A stretch of 63,362 nt of DNA, filler included, from Intoshia linei (lineage: Eukaryota; Animalia; Orthonectida), in NCBI GenBank assembly GCA_001642005.1. It is 9 parts of 9 records of this genome, joined end to end, with 100 filler letters (N's around TTAATTAATTAA, not from the genome) between each part and the next. Parts side by side here need not be neighbours in the genome. Positions count along the whole stretch, not along the records: positions 34,045 to 40,823 come from LWCA01001639.1; positions 40,924 to 44,179 come from LWCA01002183.1; positions 44,280 to 46,099 come from LWCA01002491.1; positions 46,200 to 49,860 come from LWCA01002074.1; 5 more parts are not named here. One strand, written 5' to 3'. The notes below the pieces were generated by a model that worked only from the letters and a program-made list of their open reading frames with translations, had not been told where the DNA came from and did not search any database. Positions within the stretch are counted from its first letter, which is position 1. Every line of letters starts with the position of its first letter. Of this stretch, positions 37,701 through 49,960 are shown one piece after another. The position numbers were made by a program, and so were the translations under genes.

Positions 37701-39563
37701 AAAAGTAACCATTTAAGTTAAATTTCAATTTATAAGTTTATTTACTACGACAAAGTACGACTTTTGACAACGTTCCAAAGTTTATTATAAAATCATAATC
37801 GTACTTTATATTTGTTAATGAAATATTTATTTATTTAAAGTATAGTCTTTATCTAAAAAGTCGTACTTCTGATCGCACTATTTTAAATATGCAAAGTGAA
37901 CAACTAAACCTGACGTTCAACACAAAACCACTAAACAAAGTTACCAACATTAAGTTATCTCAACCTGAATTTTTGAGCCCTCTTTTTCTAAAAATATGGC
38001 TGTCACTAAGTAATGGAATAAAATTAACTGCTAACACTAAGAGTCTTTCACCATACATAAAAAAATATGTCTGATCTGATGATTTTAATTGAAATAATTA
38101 AATTACCCTGAGAAATATAACTTAACCCTGAGTTGAATTTAAAAACTAGAATTCCCATCGGCGATTTTTAAATCGCGGATACAATACAAATGGAAATTTC
38201 CCATCTTTAAAATTGACATGGATAAAATGATATAGTTGGCAAGAAAATATTTAGAACATTGAGAAGTGAATACCAACAGCTCTCCAATGGACATGTTACA
38301 TGTCTTTAATTTTCTGATAAATTATTTCACATTTTTTATTTTCATAAAATATTTCGAAAAAAAAAATATGAAAACTAAAATTTCAAAAAAGTGTGAATTG
38401 ACCGTATACATATTTGAAATATAGAATTATGGGTTTCAATCTCTTAAATTGGCAACGCAATTTCTCATTTTGAAAAACTATCAAAGTTTATAATCAACTT
38501 TGTTAGTATAATTTTGACATTTATTTTAAAGTTGGTCATCCAATAAAAATCATATAAAACTATTTGTAGGATATAGGATTCATATTAGCTATATTAATAG
38601 GACTCATCATTAATAGCATTATAAATACTGTGTATATTTTAATCTATATACATTTTCTGTAGCGTACTGTAAAATTCTAAATTCCACATTTAGAAAATCT
38701 CAACAAACCAATGTAAATATCAATGCTGATAATAATCGTTATACATTCCAACATTTTACCATGCGCTTTATGACAAGATGCAAAAATTACCTTGATTTAG
38801 AAATAGAACAATCCAATAAATCTTTATCATTGTTATTTTTTTTGGTTTTTAAGGTAGTAGAATTGAGAGAAGTATTTTTATGTTTAAAATTAGGTAGGTA
38901 AATATCATCTCCATATTGGTTATACAGATTGCAAATTCTCTTATATCCATCAGATTTAATAAATTCATCATAAACAGCCTTGAGTCGTCCCTCAATAATT
39001 TCTTGAGCCTTCTTATAACAATTGATAATTTGATTGAAATATTTAAAAGATTTACCATTTGGATTTGAATCGACTTGGTCACTGTAATATTCATTTAAAT
39101 TGCTAGTTTTGTTGAGTTTGTCATATATTGAGTAGGGTTCATTCAACGAGGCACAAGACATGTAGGTTTTATCATGGTCTATTGAATTGTAAATATACTT
39201 TACATTATTTTCAATTTCTATTTTTAGAGATGAGCCCAAATTTATAGAGTTTGTCTTAACAAATACATCAAAAATTTTCAAAACACGTCTTTCCAACCTT
39301 GCTTGATTTTTACAATTGTCCAATTGACGGCATTCAATTACAAAGTCTATAAAGTTGACTTTTTCGTTGTATTTATTTCGTTTGCTATTGATGGATGTGG
39401 AAAAAAAAGAATGTCCATTCAGTATATTTGTAGGATTTTGGGAATTTATGGTTTTGTCTATAAATCTTTTGAAAAACTTTATTCCGTTATGATACTTGTC
39501 CTGATAAAGACTCTCGTAACCGTGTGACCATTCCTTTGGGTCTTGTAACTTTTGCAAATGCAT
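34793..39563 (-). CDS. Axin: Axin (RGS, GSK3-binding, beta-catenin-binding, DIX)
   Basis: RGS exon ~38790-39563 (EWSHGYESLYQD...GIKFFKRFI...FIDFVIEC...YDEFIKSDGY). ENPDLFAEKLIQGL resembles the GSK3-binding helix and EDASLILERH the beta-catenin-binding motif. DIX domain IIVYYYADDDVPY...FYFKK...DDEILPVWRGKIIAKV at the C-terminus. Confidence 0.92.
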
Positions 39564-40094
39564 TTTCTAATTGAAAAATGTTAAATTATATACAATACAT
39601 CATTATAAAAATGCGACAAAGGTTATTCAAACTATTGTCTGTCGAGATGAAAAAGCGAAATCAATCTATAAACAAATGTGCATAGTAACAACTTTTGTGT
39701 AAATTTAATTGATTATTACAGTTGCGTATTATCGCCAATTTAATCTAACGGAATTTGTGCTACTATACAGTAGTCATATAATTACAACACGAAATGTGCA
39801 TCTTGGTCAAATTTTAAATTTCTAGTTTACCAATAATTTATGAATCCAATGAAAATATCAAACTATACTTGTCATCAAAAATTTAATTACCGTTTTATTA
39901 GACTGATTTTACAAGAGTCAACGGTTTGAGAGTAAAATTCAGGCGATGAAATATTACTACCTTGAGTCGTCGTTATATTCAATTTAAATATAAATAACCT
40001 TTTAATATTTTACTTTCAAAATACACAAACAAAAATTTTGTAACAACATAAATGAATTAATTGCAAATTTAAACAAAACTTGTTGCCACATTCA

Positions 40095-40137
40095 ACATCA
40101 AAGAACGGCAATCGTTTGATATAATTTATGACCGCCA
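40095..40137. promoter_or_regulatory. candidate Wnt-response element (TCF HMG sites + helper-like sites) upstream of Axin
   Basis: ACATCAAAG (40095-40103), adjacent ACGGC, GTTTGAT (~40114) and ACCGCCA (40131-40137), ~530 bp 5' of the Axin ATG. Confidence 0.45.
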
Positions 40138-41139
40138 AATGTATCTAGAAATAGGCATTTGTTAAGATTTAAGCCTCTCTAATTAAAATTAATATAATTA
40201 CAATCGGACAGACGGCTGCATCCGTCAAATTTAACAAAAGTATCCAAGCAATATCAAGCCTGGTTTACATTAAACAATTTATTAGAGTCAACGCGAGATG
40301 AAACAAAACACCGCAACTTCAAACAAAATACTATAATTATACTATATCCGATTTATGTTTACCGCTCGGTATACTTGTGTTGTTAATGAGTCATGGCAAA
40401 TTATCGGTTTTACATCACAAGTACAATTGAAAATAAAATAACAGTTAAAACCGTTAAGATTTATTCAATTTTTAGAAATATATGTACTAGGGTGTTTCAA
40501 AAAGTAGAAATTTTGCGAGTTTCTTGTTGAGGTAAGAAAAATTGAGCTAGTATTCATATTTAAACTACTATGTAAGTTCAATTTTCACACCAAAAAATTT
40601 CTGGTTGAGTTGCGCAAAGAAAAAAAAATTTTTAATAAAAAAATATTGAAAATTACTTTATTAACAAATATGATTGGTTAATTTATCATATTTTCGTAAA
40701 ATTTATGTTTAAAAATTGTAAATTACTATGTAAAAATAACAATTTTTACAAAAATTCAAAAGAATATGATTTGCATATTTTCTTGTAAAGTATTCAGACA
40801 TTTTCGAAATTTTTAATTATATTNNNNNNNNNNNNNNNNNNNNNNNNNNNNNNNNNNNNNNNNNNNNTTAATTAATTAANNNNNNNNNNNNNNNNNNNNN
40901 NNNNNNNNNNNNNNNNNNNNNNNTTTTTGTGGATCTTGTAAATATTAAGGTAATTGTATATATAATATAAGAGTATCGGTTTAATTTTATTACATTAGAT
41001 TAACCAAACTTTAAAGTTGCTTTAGGGTAACTAAGATTATCAAAATGTTGAGTAAGTCTTAGTTAATTTGAGTATTTTACAAAATTCTGTTTGAAATTCT
41101 AAACTCATTACAAATTTAACTTACACTTAATCATTTACT

Positions 41140-41722
41140 CTATAATGTATTAATAGGAGCAATATGGATGTTTGGTGAAAGTGATTGACTTAATGGAATC
41201 TAGCAAATATACAATTAGTCAAGCTTATAAAACTTTAACTGAATTAAAATTTGGAAATGACGATTGTTTCATAGAAAAGTATATTCAGAAAAGAATTAAA
41301 AACACAGACTTATATGAAATTATGCACCCTTCGAGAAATGACATCCCACCAAGTATATACGTTGATTTAAAGAAATGCCAACCAACCTCTTGTTCCGTTG
41401 AAAGAAGCTTCTCAAAACTAAAAAGAATGGTAACCAAAGATCGACCATTTTCTGAAAAAAATATTTNATAATGTATTAATAGGAGCAATATGGATGTTTG
41501 GTGAAAGTGATTGACTTAATGAAATCTAGCAAATATACAATTAGTCAAGCTTATAAAACTTAAACTGAATTAAAAACACAGACTTATATGAAATTATGCA
41601 CCCTTCGAAAAATGACATCCCACCAAGTATATACGTTGATTTAAAGAAATGCTAACCAAAGATCGACCATTTTCTGAATAAAATATTGAAAAATATTTCA
41701 TACTGTATTATAATAATGACTA
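41140..41722 (+). pseudogene. hAT (CGGBP1-like) transposase C-terminal dimerisation region, present twice around a single n
   Basis: LKKCQPTSCSVERSFSKLKRMVTKDRPFSEKNI...YFILYYN. Confidence 0.8.
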
Positions 41723-42790
41723 ATTGTTAATTTTAAATATATTTTATTCTTTAATATTTTAATGACTTTCATTTTCAATTCAAATAAATTTAATGAACTT
41801 AACATCAATTGTTGTCTTGTTGTTTAGTAACTTAATGCTAGAAATTTTTTAGTGCCATAAAAAATTGCATTTGTCGACTCTAGTTACTATAGAAAAAATT
41901 CCACTATAACGGAATTGATGAATTTTAAAAAATCAAAAATTCCGTTAATATGGACTTAGACTGTATTAGAAAAGGTAGTATATAAAATTTGGAGCAGAAT
42001 AATGTATCTCAATTGAGATCGTCAAAGTTGCTTAATTAGGCAATTAACAATAAAACCATATTTTCAATTAAATATTTTTTGAATAAATTGATATTTACTT
42101 TAAAATGCATACATGTGATCTAATGCAAAAGCTAACATCTAACGAAAACATGCATATTTAAGAAACCAAGGATCTGGAAACAACCTTTGGTAGATTGTTA
42201 TTCATGTGAGATTTCGAATTTACTAACATTATTGTAAATTTTAAAATAAAACATAACATTCATGACTATCCTGAAATTAAGTGTTCATCCGCACCTGTAA
42301 TAAATACAATTTTAAATTCTTCAATTGAAAATAAAGATGTTATATCTTTATTTTCATCTTCATTGTAAAATTTTCAAGAATCATTAATTTTGAAGATCAA
42401 CCTCCAGCGACCATAAAACAAAAACGAAGATGCAGTTAATCTTATATATCGAGAATTAAATCGTATCGGTGTTCTATATATAATGATTTAGCTGCTGTTA
42501 AAAGTTATTTGGAATAAATATATTAAAAATATCAACTTATTTTTATTAGTCATAAAAACGTCAAATTAAAAACTTTAAATAATCACTGTAGTTAAAGAAT
42601 TCCTTGTATTGAATCAAAATAGAACTTTAGATTAAAGAGATTCTACTGTATATCAAATTTTCAATCAAAAACCTGACATCATAGTGTCCACCACACATAA
42701 AACACTTGCATTATATTAACAAACGAAAAAATGTAGTTACTACAATGCAAACACTGAAAATATATAGTACATTTTTTTAAAAAAAATTAC

Positions 42791-43573
42791 TTTTGAGAAT
42801 TGTCCATGGGTGGAGATTTAGGAATTTTATTTTCTTCATTGAAATTGGATTTATAAACATTTTTTTTAATGGGAACTATAAATAAATTAAAAAAATATTT
42901 AAAAAAAAAACTTTGAAACTGCACATTTTTTCCAGCTTGATTAAAATTGGAATTACTATGAAGAATGGGAGGTGGAGGAATAGAAAATTTAATTTTAGCT
43001 AAATCACCAACTGACGGTACACTTTTAGTTGTCGCAAATCTACAATAAAAATAACGAAATTCTAAAAAACGTACTCTTGATTAAAACGAGATTTTTTGGG
43101 TAATCCATCCTTTTTTTTAATCTTCGTATTAATGGGCTCAGTAAATACTAAAATTATAGTTAAAAATGATAACGTAATATTTACCGGAAGTTACATTTAT
43201 TGGAGTAGTCACACTTGACTGGTTCATAAGTATAGTACTGATCGGATTATAATAAACAGGTGGCGTATACTGATATTGATTAGGTGTGTATTGCACGTTA
43301 TTCGCGTAATTAGTAGAGTATTGAGAGTAGTATTGAGGATATTTATTTATATTTTGTGATACCGGTTGAGTGTTTGAAATATTTTGATAGTTTGTAATTG
43401 GCGGAGCAGTACTGTTACTTGTTTCAGATGTGTTTGTAGTTTCATCATTTGATTTTACAAAATTTTTATAATACAAATTAAAATATGTACTGGCAAAATG
43501 GCTCTTTTCCGAAGTACCTTCTTTATTGCTATTGTCCATTACTTTTTTTATGTAATTCAAATTTCTTTCTTTT
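42791..43573 (-). CDS. unknown Tyr/Pro/Asn/Gln-rich protein, four internal exons
   Basis: Open exon ~43186-43573 followed by short GT-AG introns and exons PINTKIKKKDGLPKKSRFNQE, FATTKSVPSVGDLAKIKFSIPPPPILH and FPLKKNVYKSNF...PKSPPMDNSQ. No family recognised. Confidence 0.55.
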
Positions 43574-43747
43574 CTACGAAATTATTACACAATTGAAGTA
43601 TAAAATCAATAAACTTTTCTTTAATTTTGGTCAATTCACTTGGTTATGTTTACGAACTTTATTGAGTGTTACTGTAGTATTCGTTTTACATTGATTATAA
43701 ATACTAATTTATGATAAATTTTATCTATCCTTATCAGTATATCCTAT

Positions 43748-44179
43748 CCAGTCACGTAGCGTGGAAAGATCTGGTTAGGCAAAGTATGTTACCAAGGAAA
43801 TTTTTTATATACAAGTTTTTAAAAAATGTCATTAATTTTCAAACATTTATTTAAATATTTTTTAATGTTTCAAAAACGTAAAAATTTTTTAACAGCTCAA
43901 ATGTAGCAATATAGTATAAAAAATATAAGTTTATTTAAAAGTAAATGATAATCTTCGTTCTAAAGACAGAAAAAATATCTTTGTCATAAAAATTAAATGT
44001 ATGATCTTCCATCTTCACAATACTTTTTTTTTCAATTGATATCAATGCTAAAAAAGACAATCTCTGACTAACCATTCTATTTCTACTGAAAGATTTTATC
44101 CGCTTTAAAGTGGAAAAAGACCTACCACCGAAACAGTTGTTGCTGGAATGGTCAATATTAACTGTAACAATTTCACAAA
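43748..44179 (-). mobile_element. hAT 3' end with dimerisation-domain remnant
   Basis: LLQLILTIPATT...LKRIKSFSRNRMVSQRLSFLALISIE. Terminal cagtcacgtagcgtg. Confidence 0.75.
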
Positions 44180-44359
44180 NNNNNNNNNNNNNNNNNNNNN
44201 NNNNNNNNNNNNNNNNNNNNNNNTTAATTAATTAANNNNNNNNNNNNNNNNNNNNNNNNNNNNNNNNNNNNNNNNNNNNATTTTATCTAATGCGCAAAAA
44301 CTGAAATATCCCTTCATAAAGTAATATTTTATTCTTGACACTATGTTATTGTCTCGTAA

Positions 44360-44623
44360 GGGTTAAATTTAAATTCATGATAATATTTATTATTTTAAAA
44401 TCCGTATCAAAGTGTATATTTTTTATATTTTCGAACTCGTTTGATTTTCAAAAAAAGGACAATTGGGCTTTTTGACCCGTAAGATTTGTTTTGGAGGTTG
44501 AAATTTATCTTACTAACACCCGGAAAAAACTGTAATAGAAATGTGGACTTTATAAAAATCTAAGACTAGTAGTTATTGAAATAAACAATAACACACACAG
44601 ACAAACAATGCATAAGTAAGGAT
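44360..44623 (-). mobile_element. Helitron-like 5' portion (further 5' ends at ~55833 and ~59181; 3' end at 59657)
   Basis: Reverse complement of 10788-11010. Confidence 0.7.
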
Positions 44624-45069
44624 TATTCGTTTTATTATTTAAATACTGCTCGTTTCTGTGTACTCTAATGATCACCATATTGAACGATCGAAATTATTTT
44701 TACTATATCTTTTCGTGCTCTATTACATGAATATGTGGTTTTTACACGTTAACTCTAATTTTAAACTCGCCTGTTAGCAGGCTATTATTTTATTATTACC
44801 TTGTTATAAGTAACAATATAAGAAAAAATTTGTTATAGGGCCATGCCATAAAATATTTCTAGAAAATCATTAAGATGTGAATCGTTTGAAAATAAAAATA
44901 AATTAACGTATCCCGCCTGACCAAAATAGTGTTAAATAAAGAAATAAATTTAGTATCATACTTTATGAAAAATTGGACATACTGTCAAAGAAGAAACAAG
45001 AAGCTCCTACCGTACAGGAAATGTTACATGAACTACATAAATTTCGTTTAAAGATTAAATTATAGTTAC

Positions 45070-45215
45070 CTGATAAATAATATTTTTGATGTAAATAGCT
45101 TCAACTTGTATATAATAACCTATAAGATGGTGCAAATATATCATTAAATTTGATTCAATTTCTCTGTCAGATGATTGAACATTAGTAGTCATACTGTTTG
45201 GTTTGACATTATGGT
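45070..45215 (-). CDS. isolated exon, possibly start of an LSm-like (Ataxin-2/Pbp1-type) domain
   Basis: AG/GT-bounded open exon ...ESNLMIYLHHLIGYYIQVEAIYIKNIIYQ, loosely resembling recalled RLxYLxxxLIGxxVEVxxxxGxIYxG. Adjacent exons were not found. Confidence 0.3.
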
Positions 45216-46199
45216 CTAATTTATTATTATATTAATTTCACCATAACAATATGGTACAGAAATTAAATTGAATAAGGTATATTATGCATTGTATACTATA
45301 TATAAAAGATTTTGAGATTAATAAAAATATACAAATATTAATTGTCGTATAACATGTCGGTGATTAGATCGGTTTGAGAATTTAAATATAAAATGTGTTT
45401 AAAATAACTAAACTCAACTTCAACACAACTGAAAATCTATGGGCTATTTAATATCCAAAAAGAACAACAAATTTTTAGGTTTAGATTATAACGACACTAA
45501 AATTAAATTCAGAACAACTAACAAATAAATACAATTCACAATATTTATAAAAATTACTTTCTTCCAGTTTATTGTCTTCCTAAATAGTATATATATTAAT
45601 GTGAGCGGCGGCTGACATTTAGTCAACCGAAAAAAGTAATAAATACATTTAAATAAATAAAAATATAAAATTATAAAACAATTCAGTCTCAAAAACCATC
45701 GTAAAACATTTCATAGTGGTATTATACATATACCACAATCATATTACAAACACCTTATCACTTACATACTATGGAGTGGTTTCAGAATTAATTGTTTACA
45801 ATAATCGGAATTACGGACGGAAACTGACTGTAGCAGTAGACAAGCTAAACAACGTTTAAAATAATTTTTATATATTTAAATGTATGGTGTCTTGTTTAAT
45901 TTTCTTTCTTAAATTATAATTTATAATTATAATTATAGCTAAATTAAAATTAATGCAAACATATTTAGATTAAAGTAACCACTCCATAAGTACAGAATGT
46001 TTAGTACATTTTTAGTAAATTTACTATTATAAAATCAAGTATATATAATTATAAAATATATATATAATATTATAATATAAATATATAATTATATATTATN
46101 NNNNNNNNNNNNNNNNNNNNNNNNNNNNNNNNNNNNNNNNNNNTTAATTAATTAANNNNNNNNNNNNNNNNNNNNNNNNNNNNNNNNNNNNNNNNNNNN

Positions 46200-48203
46200 G
46201 TGAATTGAAAAAATCTCCAATTCAAACATGTCAATCGCTTTCCATTGTTGTCAACTGTTCAAAAACCAGTGCCTATAATTGTTTGAAACGTTTACAAAAA
46301 GTGAATAGGCTGAAATATATAGGCACCCCAATTTAAATCATTTAAACATAAATTAAATAGATAAAATGTATGCCAATTATTACTAGCCAGACCAGAGTTG
46401 CCAGAAATTGCAAGATTCTAGCAAAACTATAGACAACCGCTAGATTAATATTTTCAAATATGTTGATCTCATGATTTTATAAAAGTTTATTATTTACATC
46501 GGATAAATTTATATTTTACTCATTTAATCAATTGTTGATCATATTTACATCAACATTTGCACAAGTAAGTTATTAAAATGTATAGGATTGCTAACTACTT
46601 AATTTTTAAGGTATGAGAAAATCCAGATTATTGTCATTTTTTGAAGAAAATGGAATTGAAACTGTTAATGAATTGAAACTGGAAAGAAAGTGTTTTGCAA
46701 ATATTGTAAAACGCACTATCGGCTTCACAAAACAGATTTGGAAGTGCATGTCAAAAAAAATAGACATAAACTCAATATTATCTATATCTAGCAGTAATCA
46801 GATTGATATCAATGTTATTGAGTTGAAATTGGCAATATATGTTATATCTAAATATTTCCTATAAGAAACTAAAGAGGATATGCTCAATGAACCTTTTTCT
46901 GTAATAATTGACGAGTTCACTGATGTTTCTTGTGATAAGCATATGTGTTTTGTGGTATGATATTTTAGTAAAAGGCACAATACTATTGTGAGTAGATTTA
47001 TCGGATTAGTAAAAGTTGATAGAACGGACGCTGACTTTATACAATGTAGTAATAAAATTTTTTAGTGATATATCGATAAACATTAAATTATGTTTTGCGA
47101 TTGGTACGGATGGAGCGAACAACCTTTGTGGTACTCATAACTCATTGTATTCTAAACTAAAAACCCTTATACCTAATATTATATTGGTGAAATGTATCAA
47201 TGTTTGGAAAGTTTAGGACTAACTTGTGATAATTATCAACGTCAAAAGGAAATGGCTAATTATGATTCATCAATATATGATAATGAGAGGAATCAATCTA
47301 ATGATCCCGACTCAGAAATTGGTTATAAACATAATTATGAGTCACAATTAGATACTGAATGAATACAATTATATTTATTTATTTTTAAAATCATAAGATT
47401 TATGTTAATTTTTAAGTTTTCAATTTGAACTTTTCCTCAACAAATAAATGTATCAAGATCTTCAATTTAATTTGCGAGAAACTGAGTTTATTTTTTGGCA
47501 ACTCTGAGCCAGACTAAAAAATGAACCTTTTTTAGAAAATATTGTGACTGGTGCTGAAAAATGGATACATTTGGATAATACTAAATTGAAAAAACAATGG
47601 CTATCTTCCCGGAAATTTACAAAATCGATATTGACTCTAAAATCAGAACTCCATGGTAAAAAGGTAATGATGAGTATTTGGTGGGATATGAAAGGCATAC
47701 TTTATTATGAATATCTTAAAAACAAAGAAACCATTAATGCGGAAAAGTATTGCGAACAATTGGATAAATTGACATATGCAATTTACCGTAAAAGACTTCG
47801 AATTTTTTCTAAAGCTAATATTATTTTGTTGCACGACAATGCTAGACCTCATACTGCTATAAAGACTAGAAAACATTTAATGGACCTTAATTATGAGGTA
47901 TTAGATCACCTACCATATTCTCCAGACATTGCTCCTTCTGACTATCACCTTTTTAGGTTGATGAGTAACCATTACCATGGAAAAATACGATTCAATTGAG
48001 CATCTAAAATCTGACATTGATACCTTTTTGACAAATAAAAGCCGGAGTTTGTTTCAAAATGGAATTAAGAAGATCCCGGAACACTGGAGAAGAACTGTGG
48101 AATGCAATGGAGAATATTTTGTAGAATAAAGATTAATCAAAATAGCTATTTTATAAGCTTTAATTATAGTTATAAAAAAGATATTACTTAGTAAATGACC
48201 TAA
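46200..48203 (+). mobile_element. mariner (DD34D) element, inactive, interrupted by a hAT insertion
   Basis: EPFLENIVTGAEKW (first catalytic D replaced by A), KKVMMSIWWDMKG, LLHDNARPH, LPYSPDIAPSDYHLF, frameshifted tail, right TIR ending gacctaaTA. An HTH-like fragment lies at 46200-46310. Confidence 0.88.
46393..47360 (+). pseudogene. hAT transposase remnant nested in the mariner
   Basis: Terminal cagagttgccaga. EPFSVIIDEFTDVS...IGTDGANNLCGTHNSLYSKLK...ILVKC with stops. Confidence 0.8.
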
Positions 48204-49149
48204 TATGATGATCTACTATATGCCGAAGAACGGACTATTTATTGTTATTACAATGTGTCAAAGCGATGTGTTATTTGCGTTCGAAAATTAGTTTGCCAAA
48301 GTATTCGCCTTTGATTAGAGTGGCAAGATGATACAGTCTTGCAATATATTCCCTCGTGGCTGAATTATGTGTCGATTACATAGGGAATTTAATTCGTATA
48401 AATACATTTATTATCCAGTATTGGTCAATTGAATGGTTTGGTGTTAGACCATTTATCAATTATCAATCTTATCAACTGCAAAATAATATGTAAAGCCTCC
48501 AAAAATGTTCTTATCGAGAATAATTTGTCAGGTTTTAATGTAAACCCTTTAACAAATTAATTGACGGAGAGGGTATTTAGAATGGCTAATGAGAAAATAT
48601 ACTACTCCAAATCCATTAAAAATTAAAAAATGACCATGGAATGATATCAAACTAATGTAACACGTATTTGTAAATATATACAATCTACTGTTTATATCAA
48701 TGTATAGTTTTTTCATATATTTTTTTTAATAGTTTGAACCATGTTAATACCATTTCTGTTAATATATTGATCATATTTAAAATTGTATCTGACAGAACAA
48801 TTTTCTTCACATAGATGTAAACACACTACAAATTATTTAACTTAATACGCAACAATTCTGAATTTAATATCAATTTTCAAAATATTTTCATTTTTGGGGT
48901 GACATTTAGATCAAAATTGGGTGGTCTTTTTTGATTTTAAAAAGTATATTCGTAACATATACATAATTACTCATCGATCCTGTGGGCTACTTTTTGTTTA
49001 CTCAAAAAAAGCTGTTTTTGGACACAGTTTATAAGTATACACTTGAACACATTATGTACTTAAAATAACAAATAATGAAACAAAAAAAAATATTACAAGA
49101 TAAGTAATTAATTACAAAATATACAAGATATAATGTCAATAAAAAAAAC

Positions 49150-49325
49150 CTGGACTATACGATATTGCTCTTTTATAACAAATTTCAGCATCTTCTAATT
49201 GGTCCATTTCATCATATAAAACTCCTAAATTTCGCCAAACACAATAATGTTTTTCATTCAATTGTAAAGCACAAATGTACGATCGTAATGCATCTGCAGC
49301 TTGATTTTTCTTTTGGTACAAGATT
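49150..49325 (-). CDS. KDM6A: TPR exon of UTX/KDM6A-like histone demethylase
   Basis: ILYQKKNQAADALRSYICALQLNEKHYCVWRNLGVLYDEMDQLEDAEICYKRA versus recalled UTX [40 protein letters not shown]/GT bounded. Only one exon is visible. Confidence 0.75.
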
Positions 49326-49365
49326 CTAAAATTACACTATAGCAATTGTATTTCTTTTATTAGTA

Positions 49366-49805
49366 CTAGGATGACTGTTATGTACTACATACAAACAGGA
49401 GCTAGCTCTGCCGAGGGCACATTTTTATTATACTTAAAAAATAAATTCACGTTTAAACTTAAAAATCCTACTATTCACTATTATCAATCCTTTAAAGGAG
49501 TGGTTCCCAAATTTGTTTCAGGTGGAACCATCATATCACATTACATTTNGTTCCCAAATTTGTTTCAGGTGGAACCATCATATCACATTACATTTTACTT
49601 TAAAGTGAATTATTTCATCTTAATTTAGTTTTGTTAACATTTGTGTAAAGAATTTAAAAACAATTGTTATTCCATTTCTTAACATATTAGACACAATGTG
49701 TGTATAATATTAAAAATAAAGTAAAAACATTCCAATCCTAAAAATTGTCATAAATTCCAGAAAAAACAAAATTATAAAAACCTATTTTGTCATCTTCAAT
49801 GTGAT
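49366..49805 (-). mobile_element. Helitron-like 3' portion
   Basis: A|CTAGgatgactgttatgtactacatacaaacaggagctagctctgccgagggcac. Confidence 0.7.
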
Positions 49806-49960
49806 GATTAGGGGTGTGAATTTTTTCACTTTTTTGCGAAAATACAAAAGTGCCACCCCANNNNNNNNNNNNNNNNNNNNNNNNNNNNNNNNNNNNNNNN
49901 NNNNTTAATTAATTAANNNNNNNNNNNNNNNNNNNNNNNNNNNNNNNNNNNNNNNNNNNN

